From a virus (taxonomy: Duplodnaviria; Caudoviricetes): 57,650 nucleotides of DNA. Position 1 is the stretch's first letter, and every line of letters starts with the position of its first letter. This document shows positions 43,461-53,101 of the stretch, piece by piece. The notes below the pieces were generated by a model. The model worked only from the letters and a program-made list of their open reading frames with translations, was not told where the DNA came from and ran no database searches. Location: the IMG/VR virus record IMGVR_UViG_3300023301_000010, positions 1-57,650 of that record. One strand, 5' to 3'. The position numbers and the translations under genes were made by a program.

Positions 43461-45524
43461 TTACTTCCCAAGCCGCACTGTACTGCCGTCAGGCATCCGC
43501 ACAACCTTTCTGTAGAACAAGTCGCCGTGACCCTGTTTTGTCATCTCGTTGATATACGGGATGAAATCAGAGGTAATGGGCTCGCTTTCAGTCCCCGGAG
43601 GGACGCGCTTCATTTCAAGCGGAGGCCTGTTTTCAAGCGTGGCCTTCTGCCGCTCAACTTCGTTGGCGATGAGGCGGTGCAGTTCTTTCATCTGCGAAAG
43701 AGCTGTCATTGGGCTAGCGAACCACTTTTCAGGATCGGGTCCAAGCGTTTTTAGAATTTGCTGCTCATAAACAGACACACGGTCGGGGTTCTGAGAGAAC
43801 CCCGCAATGACCTTGCGTTCTAGATTACGAAGCTCTGTTTTCTTGGCTTCGTTTTCAGTGAATGCCAGATCAACGCCGGGGATAAGCGGGTCGAAAACGT
43901 TGGTCGAAATGGACTTCAGCTTGGGACCAAAACCCACGGCCTCATAAGCGTTTTGAGTCGCGCTGCTGAGCGTAGCCAGAAGGTCTTCACCCTGAATGAT
44001 CTTCTTGCTGATGTCCTCGCGCTGTCCGGTAGTAAGCTCAAACGCCCGTTGCGAAGACGGAGGCTGAGCTTCTACGATAAAGCGTTGAGCACCCTGACCA
44101 GTGATATCGCCGATGGAGGCCGGACGTTGGCCACGAGACTGCGTTTTGATCGCAATGGCTTCGTCACGCAGCTTCGCCGCTTCCGGAGTAAACGTCCCAA
44201 GCACCGCCGGGTCCGTAACGGCAGGAACAGTCGGTGCCGGAGCAGGAGCAACGGTTGTGGTTTGATCGGGCACGGCGGGGGCAGCCGGGGGAGCGTTCGG
44301 CGCGGCAGGAGCGTTCGGCACGGCGGGAGCACCCGAAGCACCCGAAGCACCCGGAGCCGTAAAGCCGCGAATCTTGGTGGGATCAACGCCGAGAGCACCA
44401 AACACTTCGGGGTTCTGAATCTTACCCGAAAGGTCGGTGATCACGGTGATTCCTTGGAACGGACCTTCCTTGACCGTTCGAGTAATCAAGCCCTTTTCAA
44501 CCTTGAGGTCGACCACTTCGTTCGGACCACGGAGGATGGTTCCGGCAGGGGTGGGCGAACGAGTACCGTCCGGGTTCAGCATGACGGTAGTGTCTTTTTT
44601 CTTGTCCGTCTGAACCATGACCTGACGCAAACCAGTGGGGTCTGTCGTATCGGGCACATACGCCATTTTGGGTTCGCCGTAGTCCGGCGTAAAGATCTTT
44701 GCAGTGCGCTCGTTGAAGGGCAATGCATCAGCAGGCTTGGGCTTACCGTTTTCGTCGACGTACTTGCCGTCACGATTCAGCTTGTACGTTCCCAAGAAAG
44801 TGTACTTTTCAGGATTGGTGGGATCAACCTGAATAAAGGGCAAAGGTTCTTGGGTAAGGAGCTTGAAGTCTTGGTCGCCGATGCGTTCGCCCGTGCGGAA
44901 CTCCTTGTCTTTGAGAGACTGAGCTTCTGCAAATGCACGCTGTTCCACTGACTGCTGCATGTTGAATTCGCGAGTAAGCACGCTTTCACGCAACTGAAAG
45001 GCACGACCCGCCGCCGCCTGACCTTCGCTAAAGGACTGACTGATTGCAGTACGGAGGCTTTCCAAGCCGAGGGCGGAACGCTGCGCCCGGTCACGTTCTA
45101 CTGCTTCTATTGCCCCCATACGGAGCGCACCCTGACGCTGCTCTTGCTCGTTCGCAGCTTTGCCTACCGTGGAGCTGAACTCGGGAAGGCTTTTGCCGAC
45201 AGAACTCATCAAGCTGCCGGGGGTAGAAGCGATGCGGCCACCGAGCGCCATGATTGCAAGAGCCGTCTGCAATCCCATGTCTCCGTCGCCCAGTGCCTTC
45301 TTACGCTCGTTGAGGATTTCCTCGTACGATCGCTGCGGACCAGACATAGACTGGAACATCTGAGCGTACTTGCCCGCAAGCGCCGGAACACCCGCAACGG
45401 CTTCGCCGCCGTCGGCAAAACCCTGCTCTTCTTCACCCATCGCCAATCGGGTGATTCCAGTGCCATGCGCTTTCTGCGGGCGGTTGCCACGGGAAAACAG
45501 GGAACGGCCGAGAACCTTGTTCAT
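43461..45524 (-). CDS. Internal virion/ejection protein
   Basis: 687 aa; MNKVLGRSLF, GFADGG. Confidence 0.75.
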   Translation of the reverse strand: MNKVLGRSLFSRGNRPQKAHGTGITRLAMGEEEQGFADGGEAVAGVPALAGKYAQMFQSMSGPQRSYEEILNERKKALGDGDMGLQTALAIMALGGRIASTPGSLMSSVGKSLPEFSSTVGKAANEQEQRQGALRMGAIEAVERDRAQRSALGLESLRTAISQSFSEGQAAAGRAFQLRESVLTREFNMQQSVEQRAFAEAQSLKDKEFRTGERIGDQDFKLLTQEPLPFIQVDPTNPEKYTFLGTYKLNRDGKYVDENGKPKPADALPFNERTAKIFTPDYGEPKMAYVPDTTDPTGLRQVMVQTDKKKDTTVMLNPDGTRSPTPAGTILRGPNEVVDLKVEKGLITRTVKEGPFQGITVITDLSGKIQNPEVFGALGVDPTKIRGFTAPGASGASGAPAVPNAPAAPNAPPAAPAVPDQTTTVAPAPAPTVPAVTDPAVLGTFTPEAAKLRDEAIAIKTQSRGQRPASIGDITGQGAQRFIVEAQPPSSQRAFELTTGQREDISKKIIQGEDLLATLSSATQNAYEAVGFGPKLKSISTNVFDPLIPGVDLAFTENEAKKTELRNLERKVIAGFSQNPDRVSVYEQQILKTLGPDPEKWFASPMTALSQMKELHRLIANEVERQKATLENRPPLEMKRVPPGTESEPITSDFIPYINEMTKQGHGDLFYRKVVRMPDGSTVRLGK

Positions 45525-45525
45525 A

Positions 45526-46584
45526 TTACGATCCCAACATTCCGGACTTGTTCAGTGCGGCAACTCCGCCAAGCGCAGCGATACCCGTACCCACCACTTG
45601 ATTGAGCGGCGAAGCAGACGGGGCGGAAACCTGACTGAGAGTTTGCTGCGAGCTCGGCGCACCTTTGTAGATATCGCTGAGGAACGATATACGCTGAAAC
45701 GGCTCGTACTGCTGCTGAAGTGTCGTTTGACGAGCAGCGTCCAGTTCGCGCTGCTGCTGCGCCTGTTGCTGACCGCCGATGTTGTACAGGAAGCTGATGT
45801 CGCCCTGCTGAAGCGCCGAAAGCTGTTGGCCAAGGCCCGCCGTCTGCTGTCCAAGAGCGCCGATACCCGCCGCCGAAGCCTGTTGCAACTGCCCTGCGCT
45901 GATCCCCGACTGACCAACGGCGGTCCCTGCCTGAAGCGCCTGTTGTGCCGCCTGAAGCTGCCGAGCCTGTTGGTTTTGGAACGAACCCTGAGCGGCAGTC
46001 TGAGCCTGAGAATAGTTGGTGTACAGGTCTTCAAAGATCCGCTTGGACTGCATGTCCATAAGGTTGCGGTCCATCTCGGCCCGCTGAACACCCGAACGGC
46101 TCCCGCCGAACGCGCCAGACCTAATAGCCTGAGCGTCGGTTGTCTGGCGCTGAATACCCGCCTGACGCGCCATTTCACGCAGGGCTTCTTGCGTGACGTT
46201 TTGCTGATACGGGTTCATAAACTGCGCTGCGGAATACGGGTTGTATCCCTGCGCGCCGCCCATCGCCATCTGCGTAGAGAGTGCCCCCGCATCGGCCACG
46301 TTGTTCATGGCGTACTGCCCGTACTGAGGCAGACCCGCGAAACCCTGCGAGGCAGCGCCGTAGGCATCCCCCGCCTGAGACAGATACGGAAGGTACGAAC
46401 CGATACCGTCCCCGGCCATCGAAATGGCCTGTTGTTGCTGAGGGGCAAGCCCCGCAACCTGAACACCGGGGATGTCTACCGGGATATTGGAACGGTCGCG
46501 AGCGAGTTGAAGTAGCCCAAGCTTATAGGCTTCAATCTCTGGGGATTCGCGAACGATCTGTTCTTGGGTGGTGGTTTCGGCCAT
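45526..46584 (-). CDS. Gln/Ala-rich DNA transfer/ejection protein
   Basis: FMNPYQQNV, GAFGGSR, C-terminal hydrophobic tail. Confidence 0.8.
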   Translation of the reverse strand: MAETTTQEQIVRESPEIEAYKLGLLQLARDRSNIPVDIPGVQVAGLAPQQQQAISMAGDGIGSYLPYLSQAGDAYGAASQGFAGLPQYGQYAMNNVADAGALSTQMAMGGAQGYNPYSAAQFMNPYQQNVTQEALREMARQAGIQRQTTDAQAIRSGAFGGSRSGVQRAEMDRNLMDMQSKRIFEDLYTNYSQAQTAAQGSFQNQQARQLQAAQQALQAGTAVGQSGISAGQLQQASAAGIGALGQQTAGLGQQLSALQQGDISFLYNIGGQQQAQQQRELDAARQTTLQQQYEPFQRISFLSDIYKGAPSSQQTLSQVSAPSASPLNQVVGTGIAALGGVAALNKSGMLGS

Positions 46585-46586
46585 CG

Positions 46587-48266
46587 TTACGCCATCCGTT
46601 CAAATTGATTCATGAGAGAGTACATTTTCTTTGCACCCTTCATGCGGTCGCCGCCTCCGGCACCACGAACGGCTTCCGCCGTCAGTACGAACTCACCGTC
46701 ACTGAGGCGAGCGGGAATAGAGTCACTGGTCCCCGTACCTTCGCCCTTGATGTGTCCACCCGAGTGAGCAAGGACAGGGTACCGAACGTCGCGGAAATTG
46801 TACGGAACACCTTGCGGAATCTGCCTCTGCGGGGCGGAGACGATGTACACCGGAGCCTGAGCAGAACCTTGTGCAGAGGCGGGGCGGAAGTTGTTGACGT
46901 CAAACCCGTACGTGCCGGGGTTTTGACGCAACAGGTCTGTTCCACTGGGACCACTGAAGGAGGGCGACGGAGGAGTGCCGGGACGGTCGCTTGCGCCCAT
47001 CCCTGAAAGAAGGGCCGCACCACCACCAAGAAGTGCTGCCGTTTTCCACTTGCTGTCAAACAAGCCGCCCAGACCGCCGCCGCTGCCCGAAGCCGCTGCC
47101 TTACCCGCTTCTACCGTCGTTGTTCCAAGTCCCGTAGGAGCGTTTATGATTCGCCCCGGAACTTCCGCAAACGTGGTGTCCGTCGCAACGCTCGACCAAT
47201 CTGTTCCAATAGGGGCAGAAGGGGGCATCGGGATGTTAGAGGTAGGAAGGCCCGGAGCACCGGGAACACCCCCCGCCATGCCCGCCTGAGAAGCCCCTTC
47301 GCCAAGTAATTTCTGTTGAAGGTTGCCCATCAGGTCGTAGGAACCGGGCGCTCCTGAGCTACCACCCATCCAAGAGGGGAAGGCAGAACTGAAGCCGTCG
47401 GTAAACGAACCACCGCCCATGTAAGAGCCAATACCAGAGGCCACCCCGGCACCGATACCGCCGATAAGGGCAGACTTGAGTGCATCAGCAGGCTTGGCAC
47501 CCGCAATCAAGGAACCGACGCCAGAACCTACGGCACCAATGACGGCAGGGCTAAGACCAAGCCCAAGACCACCCGAAACGATACCAAGAGCCACAGTACC
47601 GATAACAGGGGCAGCCTGTTTGAAGAAGTTTCTGGCGCTCTTCCAGAACCCGTATTCCCTCAAACCCGTGTTCGGGTTGATAGTGCCGGAACCACCCATG
47701 CGCCGCAGAGCAGCGACTTCATCGGGGCGAACATGTGCGAGCATCGTGTCGCCATACCGTCCGGCGGACGCAACCTGACGCGCCATTTCCGGCAGGGAAA
47801 CGATGCCACCCTTGGCAAAGCCCTGCGGAGCCATCATTTCAGGGGGCAGACCCTGCGGAGCAGCATCCATCATTTCAGGAGGCATACCTCCTTGCGCGGG
47901 TTGCGACTGGACAACACTCATCGCCTGTTGGACCATGCTTTTCAGCATACCGAAGAAAACCGCGTTGTACTCTTGCGGTAGATCTTCAGGGTCGATACCC
48001 GTTTCCTGCGCCGCTATCTGCAGATTCTGAGCGTAGTTTTCCGGGTTTCTTTCGAGAATAGAAATGACCTTGAGGATTTCAGTCAGTTCTTCTGGGCTCA
48101 TCGTGGTGAGCTGATCAGCAATCTCTTTCAACTGCGCCCTGTACTCGGGGTTCATCCCGTTCACGGCACCGTTCATACCCTTGCCGATGACCGCAGCATC
48201 TTGCTCAGAAAAAGGGTTTCCCTGAGGAGGAGCGGCTTGAGGAGCGAGAGCGGCAATTCCCTGCAT
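46587..48266 (-). CDS. Internal virion/pilot protein
   Basis: GRYGDTMLAHV, GSGTINPNTGLREY, TM-like segments, GTGTSDSIPARLSDGEFV. Confidence 0.8.
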   Translation of the reverse strand: MQGIAALAPQAAPPQGNPFSEQDAAVIGKGMNGAVNGMNPEYRAQLKEIADQLTTMSPEELTEILKVISILERNPENYAQNLQIAAQETGIDPEDLPQEYNAVFFGMLKSMVQQAMSVVQSQPAQGGMPPEMMDAAPQGLPPEMMAPQGFAKGGIVSLPEMARQVASAGRYGDTMLAHVRPDEVAALRRMGGSGTINPNTGLREYGFWKSARNFFKQAAPVIGTVALGIVSGGLGLGLSPAVIGAVGSGVGSLIAGAKPADALKSALIGGIGAGVASGIGSYMGGGSFTDGFSSAFPSWMGGSSGAPGSYDLMGNLQQKLLGEGASQAGMAGGVPGAPGLPTSNIPMPPSAPIGTDWSSVATDTTFAEVPGRIINAPTGLGTTTVEAGKAAASGSGGGLGGLFDSKWKTAALLGGGAALLSGMGASDRPGTPPSPSFSGPSGTDLLRQNPGTYGFDVNNFRPASAQGSAQAPVYIVSAPQRQIPQGVPYNFRDVRYPVLAHSGGHIKGEGTGTSDSIPARLSDGEFVLTAEAVRGAGGGDRMKGAKKMYSLMNQFERMA

Positions 48267-48331
48267 AGAATGTCCCTTTTAAGACTTCAGCGCCAAGTTG
48301 GGCGGAGCAGGACGTGCCTGAGAGCAACGGA

Positions 48332-48360
48332 ATCTTACTGCGCTACCACGTTCAAAACAA
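48332..48360 (-). promoter_or_regulatory. Putative promoter of the ejection-protein operon
   Basis: TTGTTT-N17-TAAGAT. Confidence 0.4.
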
Positions 48361-48361
48361 G

Positions 48362-48655
48362 TCATACTGTCACTGTTACGATACCTACAGAACCAGAACA
48401 GGAAACACCTTCGGGGTAGGGGGTGTAAATCACGCTGACGCGCAACGCACCACCGACCTCGAAAATAGTTCCAGGCTCTAATCCGTAGTCGTTGTTCTGC
48501 AACCCGGTAAGCACGATGGTCGTTTGCCGACCTTCACCCGGCGCACGCACCACGTCGACAAATGAAGCCAACGCACGTACAAGGTCGGAAAAGTACCGCT
48601 GATCGTACTCACCCGGAGGACGAGGAAACGTAGGGAATACAACCCTGTAGTCCAT
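48362..48655 (-). CDS. Small tail-associated protein
   Basis: MDYRVVFPTFP...; coupled to the upstream stop. Confidence 0.75.
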   Translation of the reverse strand: MDYRVVFPTFPRPPGEYDQRYFSDLVRALASFVDVVRAPGEGRQTTIVLTGLQNNDYGLEPGTIFEVGGALRVSVIYTPYPEGVSCSGSVGIVTVTV

Positions 48656-50508
48656 CAGCGACCACCGTCGGTACGGACCTCGATGCGCGGTGAGCCAAGC
48701 GACCACCGAGTACCCACCGTGTCGCTTTCCACTCGTAGCACGAGAGAACGACCCCGAAGGCGGATATCCCGCACTTGCGTATATTGGTCAACCGGAACAG
48801 TTGCCGTGCGTGCAACGGCAGAGTCTGAACCCGAAGCGTAATTGGACCCCGGATAGTTCTGAGTTTTCAACACGAACCGAAGCGAAGGCGACTGTTCTGA
48901 GTTGAAAAAGTTCACATCCGGGATCAAACGTCGTACGAAAGCGAACTTGTCGCCTTCGCCGATGTCAAAGGGCGAACTTTCAATGAAGGCGTTCAACGGA
49001 GTTTCAGGGGTCGTGCTTCCGTCGTTGACCCCGAACTCTTGGTTGTAGATGTACCCTTCGGGCGAGGCCGCTTGCGGGTAGTCACGCACGCCACGGTCCA
49101 GCCATGCCGTGCGGTTCAATACCCCGTAAGACCAAGCCTTGTCCGCATAGCAGTAGGTCACGTAGCGGTCGTTTTCCGACGAAGAAGCAGACGGGTAGAA
49201 CCACGTCACTTCGCTGAACTCGGAATTATGCGCCGCGTAGACCTTGTCTGACTGCTGATCGTTGTAGTCGTTGAACACGAAGTTCAAAATCGGGCAGGGC
49301 AGTTCCTGCGTCTGACCCGAATAGATATAGAAGTCTTTCTTGCCCATCCAGAACACGCTGTCGTCCACGGCTACAAAGCTGTTGAACCCGTTGACCGTGA
49401 TGTTGGAGGCAAGCTGCTGAATGCCGAAGGTGTACGGAGGGCCGAGGTACTGCATGGAGTACATGGCAACGTCCGTGAACACGACGATTTCGCGCTTGGT
49501 TTCCACGGCGCGCACGATCTTGGACCCTGATCCAAGGCGCAAGTCGCCCGCCGTATTGGTCGCGGTCGGCGTCCAAGTATACGGGTCTTCCTGCGAGGAG
49601 AACCGAATCCGCAGTGGGTCGATGGGCGTGGAACCACCGCTGTTTGCTCCGAACACGATAACGTGGCGGTCACGATCACTGACCATGACTTGATAAGCTA
49701 CGGTCGGCGTTTCAAGATCCGACGACAAACTGGCAAGTGTGGGGGCGCGCGTAACACCCGGAGACGAGGCACTCCAGTAGTAGACACCGCCGCCGCGCAC
49801 GTTGAAAATGAGGTCTTCCCCGTAATTGTCCTGCGTCCAGATGCGGATTTGATTGCTGATGCTGAGATTGGTGCCGCTGCCCCAACCGCCGCGCGACCAA
49901 CCGCCCGCACCCCACCCGGTCCCGCCGACTTGGTTGTCCAAGCCGACGTTGATCTGATAGGCGGCAGTGACATTGCCCCCGCCGGGCGAACCGGAAACGT
50001 CCGTCGCGTCGGCCAGTACAGGCAACGCGATGCTGTAGCTGTTTGGATCGAGGAAGGTGATTTCGTATTCTTGGTTCAGCACATCCGCCGTGACATTGCC
50101 GCCGAGGCTCGTCGCACCGCTATAGGTGACGAAGTCCCCCTCCACGCAGCCGTGCAAAAGTTCCGTGACGAGTAGGACGTTTGATCCCGCCGTCGCAGTG
50201 AAGGGGTTCGTCAGAACGACGGTAGCGCGAAGCGGCGTGATATCGTTATAAAAGCCGCCCTCTTCCACGTAATACTTGAGGGTGGTCCCCATGCCGAGGT
50301 AGTTGGACCCGTTAAGCGCGATCCAGTTCAGCATGGAGCGACACGCTCCGAGGAACGTGGTGGTGGAGTATTTTTGCCAACCGCCCACTGTTTCGGGCAA
50401 GCCGAACCGGAACCTTACGAGGTTGCCGTCGCGCCATCCGTTCTCGTTCGTATACCCGGTAATGTCACGAACGAGGCCGGGACGAAACTGGAGCTTCTGG
50501 AGCGGCAT
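48655..50508 (-). CDS. Tail nozzle / DNA stabilization protein
   Basis: MPLQKLQFRPG, VRFRFG.P, IRFSSQED, RTAWLD, C-terminal RTDGGR; beta-propeller-like. Confidence 0.8.
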   Translation of the reverse strand: MPLQKLQFRPGLVRDITGYTNENGWRDGNLVRFRFGLPETVGGWQKYSTTTFLGACRSMLNWIALNGSNYLGMGTTLKYYVEEGGFYNDITPLRATVVLTNPFTATAGSNVLLVTELLHGCVEGDFVTYSGATSLGGNVTADVLNQEYEITFLDPNSYSIALPVLADATDVSGSPGGGNVTAAYQINVGLDNQVGGTGWGAGGWSRGGWGSGTNLSISNQIRIWTQDNYGEDLIFNVRGGGVYYWSASSPGVTRAPTLASLSSDLETPTVAYQVMVSDRDRHVIVFGANSGGSTPIDPLRIRFSSQEDPYTWTPTATNTAGDLRLGSGSKIVRAVETKREIVVFTDVAMYSMQYLGPPYTFGIQQLASNITVNGFNSFVAVDDSVFWMGKKDFYIYSGQTQELPCPILNFVFNDYNDQQSDKVYAAHNSEFSEVTWFYPSASSSENDRYVTYCYADKAWSYGVLNRTAWLDRGVRDYPQAASPEGYIYNQEFGVNDGSTTPETPLNAFIESSPFDIGEGDKFAFVRRLIPDVNFFNSEQSPSLRFVLKTQNYPGSNYASGSDSAVARTATVPVDQYTQVRDIRLRGRSLVLRVESDTVGTRWSLGSPRIEVRTDGGR

Positions 50509-50521
50509 TAGGCACCCCTGT

Positions 50522-51679
50522 TCAGGTCGGTTCCGCCGGAGCTATGGTCAACTCACCCGCCGCTACGAGCGCCATGATGCGGGCGTAGTCGCTGTTGGCC
50601 GGGTCGAGCGGGATGACAAGCGTCGTGCGGCCGGACATGCTGTTGACCCGCGCGCCATACTGGTTGACGGAACCGTTCACCCCGAGAGTGTCCATCTGGG
50701 CGTTTTGGGAGCCGCCGATGATTTCGATGCTGACTGAACCGCCCGTGTAGGAAAGCGTCGGGTTGGCGCGCATCGAAGCCGGGAACTTAAATGTCATGGC
50801 GGCGTCGGTGCTGTTCCAGCACTGCCCCGTCTGTCCTTTGAAGCCCGTGCAGTAGTAGCGTTGCGCGAGCATCGTTTCGCGCCCGTAATCCCTGCGCTCG
50901 AAAGGCGTGGCGACGCTGCCGACCTCAAGCTGCACGTTGGTCAAGTAGAAGGTCGCGCCAGCATTTGCGACCCAGTTGACGGACCCAGACGTGCGAAGCG
51001 TGGAAGTCGTCACCGCTTGCCATAAACCCGCTGTCACGTTGGACGCGCTGCCGGAACCGAGGTCCACGGCAAGCTGCAAGCCGATCCCGTTGTCGGTCAC
51101 CCACGTTCCCGCCGTGTCGCCGGGAACCGTGATGGTTTTGTATTCCCACGTGTTGGCCGCACTGACCGCAAACGTGCCGACATACCCTCGATTGAAGGCG
51201 GCATTGCTCAAGCCCACGGAATAGGTGCCGGTGACACTCGACCGAACCCAAAAGCTGAGGGTGATGGTCTGCGCACTCGCCGTTCCGAAGCCAAGATCGG
51301 CAATGTTGAAGCCTTCGATCTTCTGAAACAGTTGATACGCGTCGGTCGAGCCGATGCTGCTGTCGGCGCTCGTAACCGTCAGGGCGAGGCTGTTCGTAGA
51401 CCCGGCAGGTGCCACCGTGCTGCGCTGCGAGGACCAGACGCCTCCGCCGAAGCATTGATAGCCCCAACGGTCCACGCCGTATCCGTAAGACGAAATGCTG
51501 ATGATCGCGCCAGCCTTCCTCTGGTCCAGAATTGCCGACCCGTTAATGATCCGATTTCTCCACCCCATCGACGACCCGGCGACCACGGTCCCGGCGATAT
51601 TCGCGTTGCCGTTGGCGTCGAGCGCGAGGCCCGTCGATGCGGAGGGGTGCTGTACGTTGATCGCCTTGATCGTGCTCAC
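50522..51679 (-). CDS. Tail fibre with carbohydrate-binding-like domain, C-terminally fused to a fibre-assembly-like segment
   Basis: WRNRIING, VDRW, TLSFWVRS, QLEVGSVATPFERR...QRYY; ends IPLDPANSDYARIMALVAAGELTIAPAE. Confidence 0.8.
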   Translation of the reverse strand: MSTIKAINVQHPSASTGLALDANGNANIAGTVVAGSSMGWRNRIINGSAILDQRKAGAIISISSYGYGVDRWGYQCFGGGVWSSQRSTVAPAGSTNSLALTVTSADSSIGSTDAYQLFQKIEGFNIADLGFGTASAQTITLSFWVRSSVTGTYSVGLSNAAFNRGYVGTFAVSAANTWEYKTITVPGDTAGTWVTDNGIGLQLAVDLGSGSASNVTAGLWQAVTTSTLRTSGSVNWVANAGATFYLTNVQLEVGSVATPFERRDYGRETMLAQRYYCTGFKGQTGQCWNSTDAAMTFKFPASMRANPTLSYTGGSVSIEIIGGSQNAQMDTLGVNGSVNQYGARVNSMSGRTTLVIPLDPANSDYARIMALVAAGELTIAPAEPT

Positions 51680-51861
51680 TGTGCGACCTCCGCAAGCTGT
51701 TCGTCGGTGGGGCGGGGCAGCGTGGGGTGATCCCACACCTCGATGTAGTCGCCGCGTCCGTCCGCATCGTTGCGGAGACGGATGGTGCCGCCGAACGGGC
51801 CGAAATCCGCGTCGGTCAGCGCGGGGTAGAGCGCGAGGATTTTGTCGTAGAGCGTCATCAT
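51676..51861 (-). CDS. XkdW-like fibre-associated protein, copy 1
   Basis: LYDKI.ALYP.LT.ADF...IRLRND.DGRGDYI..WDHP. Confidence 0.8.
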   Translation of the reverse strand: MMTLYDKILALYPALTDADFGPFGGTIRLRNDADGRGDYIEVWDHPTLPRPTDEQLAEVAQ

Positions 51862-52433
51862 GCGGCCCTCACGAGTACGCCGGAAAAATACGTATTGGAC
51901 GGGGAGTCCCATGTGTTCTGAGCGGACGACAGAGCGCCATAGAGTTCAATGTAATCCGTCGTTCCGTTCATGTAGACGATGGCCGAGCCGTGAGCGCCGT
52001 TCGTCGTGCCAGAAATGGAAAGATGCAGCGAAACGAAAGAGCTTCCATTTTTGTAAGCAACCGTGGTCGCGCCGCACGCCGAAGACAACATGGCGAAGCC
52101 GCCCGTGATGAGGTAATACCCGGCGATGCCGGGGGTGAAGCGCGAGTTCGTCGTGTCGTAGCAGTTTCCAAAATCGAAACGCTCCGTTTGAAACAGGAGC
52201 TTCGTGTCTGTGTACGCGGCAACGTACTGCTGAGACGATTGATACGCCGAGAACGCCGGACCATTGCCCGCCACCCCTGACGCGATCATCGTCTGAGACA
52301 CAACAGCCGTGCTGCCCGTCGTTACGACGGTGCCGCTGACAGCCGGAACCGTGACGGTGAGCGCGCTTGCGGTGCTTGGCACGTCAAGGGTGACGGACCC
52401 GCCGCCCGTGGAATTAAGCTTCAAGGGCATCAA
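51858..52433 (-). CDS. C1q-like tail fibre protein, copy 1
   Basis: GNGPAFSAY...RFTP.IAGYY...VYMNGTTDYIELY...FSGVLVRAA. Confidence 0.78.
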   Translation of the reverse strand: MMPLKLNSTGGGSVTLDVPSTASALTVTVPAVSGTVVTTGSTAVVSQTMIASGVAGNGPAFSAYQSSQQYVAAYTDTKLLFQTERFDFGNCYDTTNSRFTPGIAGYYLITGGFAMLSSACGATTVAYKNGSSFVSLHLSISGTTNGAHGSAIVYMNGTTDYIELYGALSSAQNTWDSPSNTYFSGVLVRAA

Positions 52434-52596
52434 GCTGCTCCTGTGTCGGCTGCGGCAGCGTCGGATGATCCCATCGCTCGATGTAGTCGCCGCGTCCGTC
52501 GCTGTCGTTGCGGAGACGGATTGTGCCCGTCACCGGGTTGAAATCGGCGTTGGTCAGGGACGGGTAGAGCGCGCGGATTTTGTCGTAGAGCGACAT
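52414..52596 (-). CDS. XkdW-like fibre-associated protein, copy 2
   Basis: Near-identical to 51676-51861. Confidence 0.8.
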   Translation of the reverse strand: MSLYDKIRALYPSLTNADFNPVTGTIRLRNDSDGRGDYIERWDHPTLPQPTQEQLDALEA

Positions 52597-52597
52597 G

Positions 52598-53089
52598 TTA
52601 TGCAGCCCTCACAAGTACGCCGTTGAACGACGAGTCAACGCCGCCAAAAATGGAAGTTGAAGGCGATAAATATGCGTAGCATTCAACGTAGTCAGTTGAA
52701 CCGTTCATATAAAGTAATGTAGATACGATGGTTGACTGAGTGCTCGCACCAGCAATGACGGTCTGTACTCCGTTTTTGTAGATGCCAGAGTAATTATCAG
52801 CGGTCGTCGTAAACACTGAATTTGCGTGGATGATGTAGTAGCCTGCCACTTGCGGCGTAAACCGCCCCGTCGTCGTGTTGTACGCCGTTGCAGTGTCGAA
52901 CTGCTTGGTGTTGTAGACGACTTTCGTCCACGTCCCAGTGGAAAACGACAGACCCGCGCTCGGATACGCCGAGAACGCCGGGCCGTTGCCCGCCACGCCC
53001 GCCGCAAGATCGACCTGTGCAACCGCGCCGTCTTGGATGTTTGCCGAGGTGATCCCGGTCGTGCCGTTAAGGACGAGAGCCATTGGCAT
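52598..53089 (-). CDS. C1q-like tail fibre protein, copy 2
   Basis: Paralogue of 51858-52433. Confidence 0.78.
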   Translation of the reverse strand: MPMALVLNGTTGITSANIQDGAVAQVDLAAGVAGNGPAFSAYPSAGLSFSTGTWTKVVYNTKQFDTATAYNTTTGRFTPQVAGYYIIHANSVFTTTADNYSGIYKNGVQTVIAGASTQSTIVSTLLYMNGSTDYVECYAYLSPSTSIFGGVDSSFNGVLVRAA

Positions 53090-53101
53090 GTTCGGTCCTC
53101 C

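Noticed and set aside
50522-53089. Diversity-generating retroelement acting on fibres
   Set aside because: There is no reverse transcriptase, and the repeat differences are not adenine-specific.
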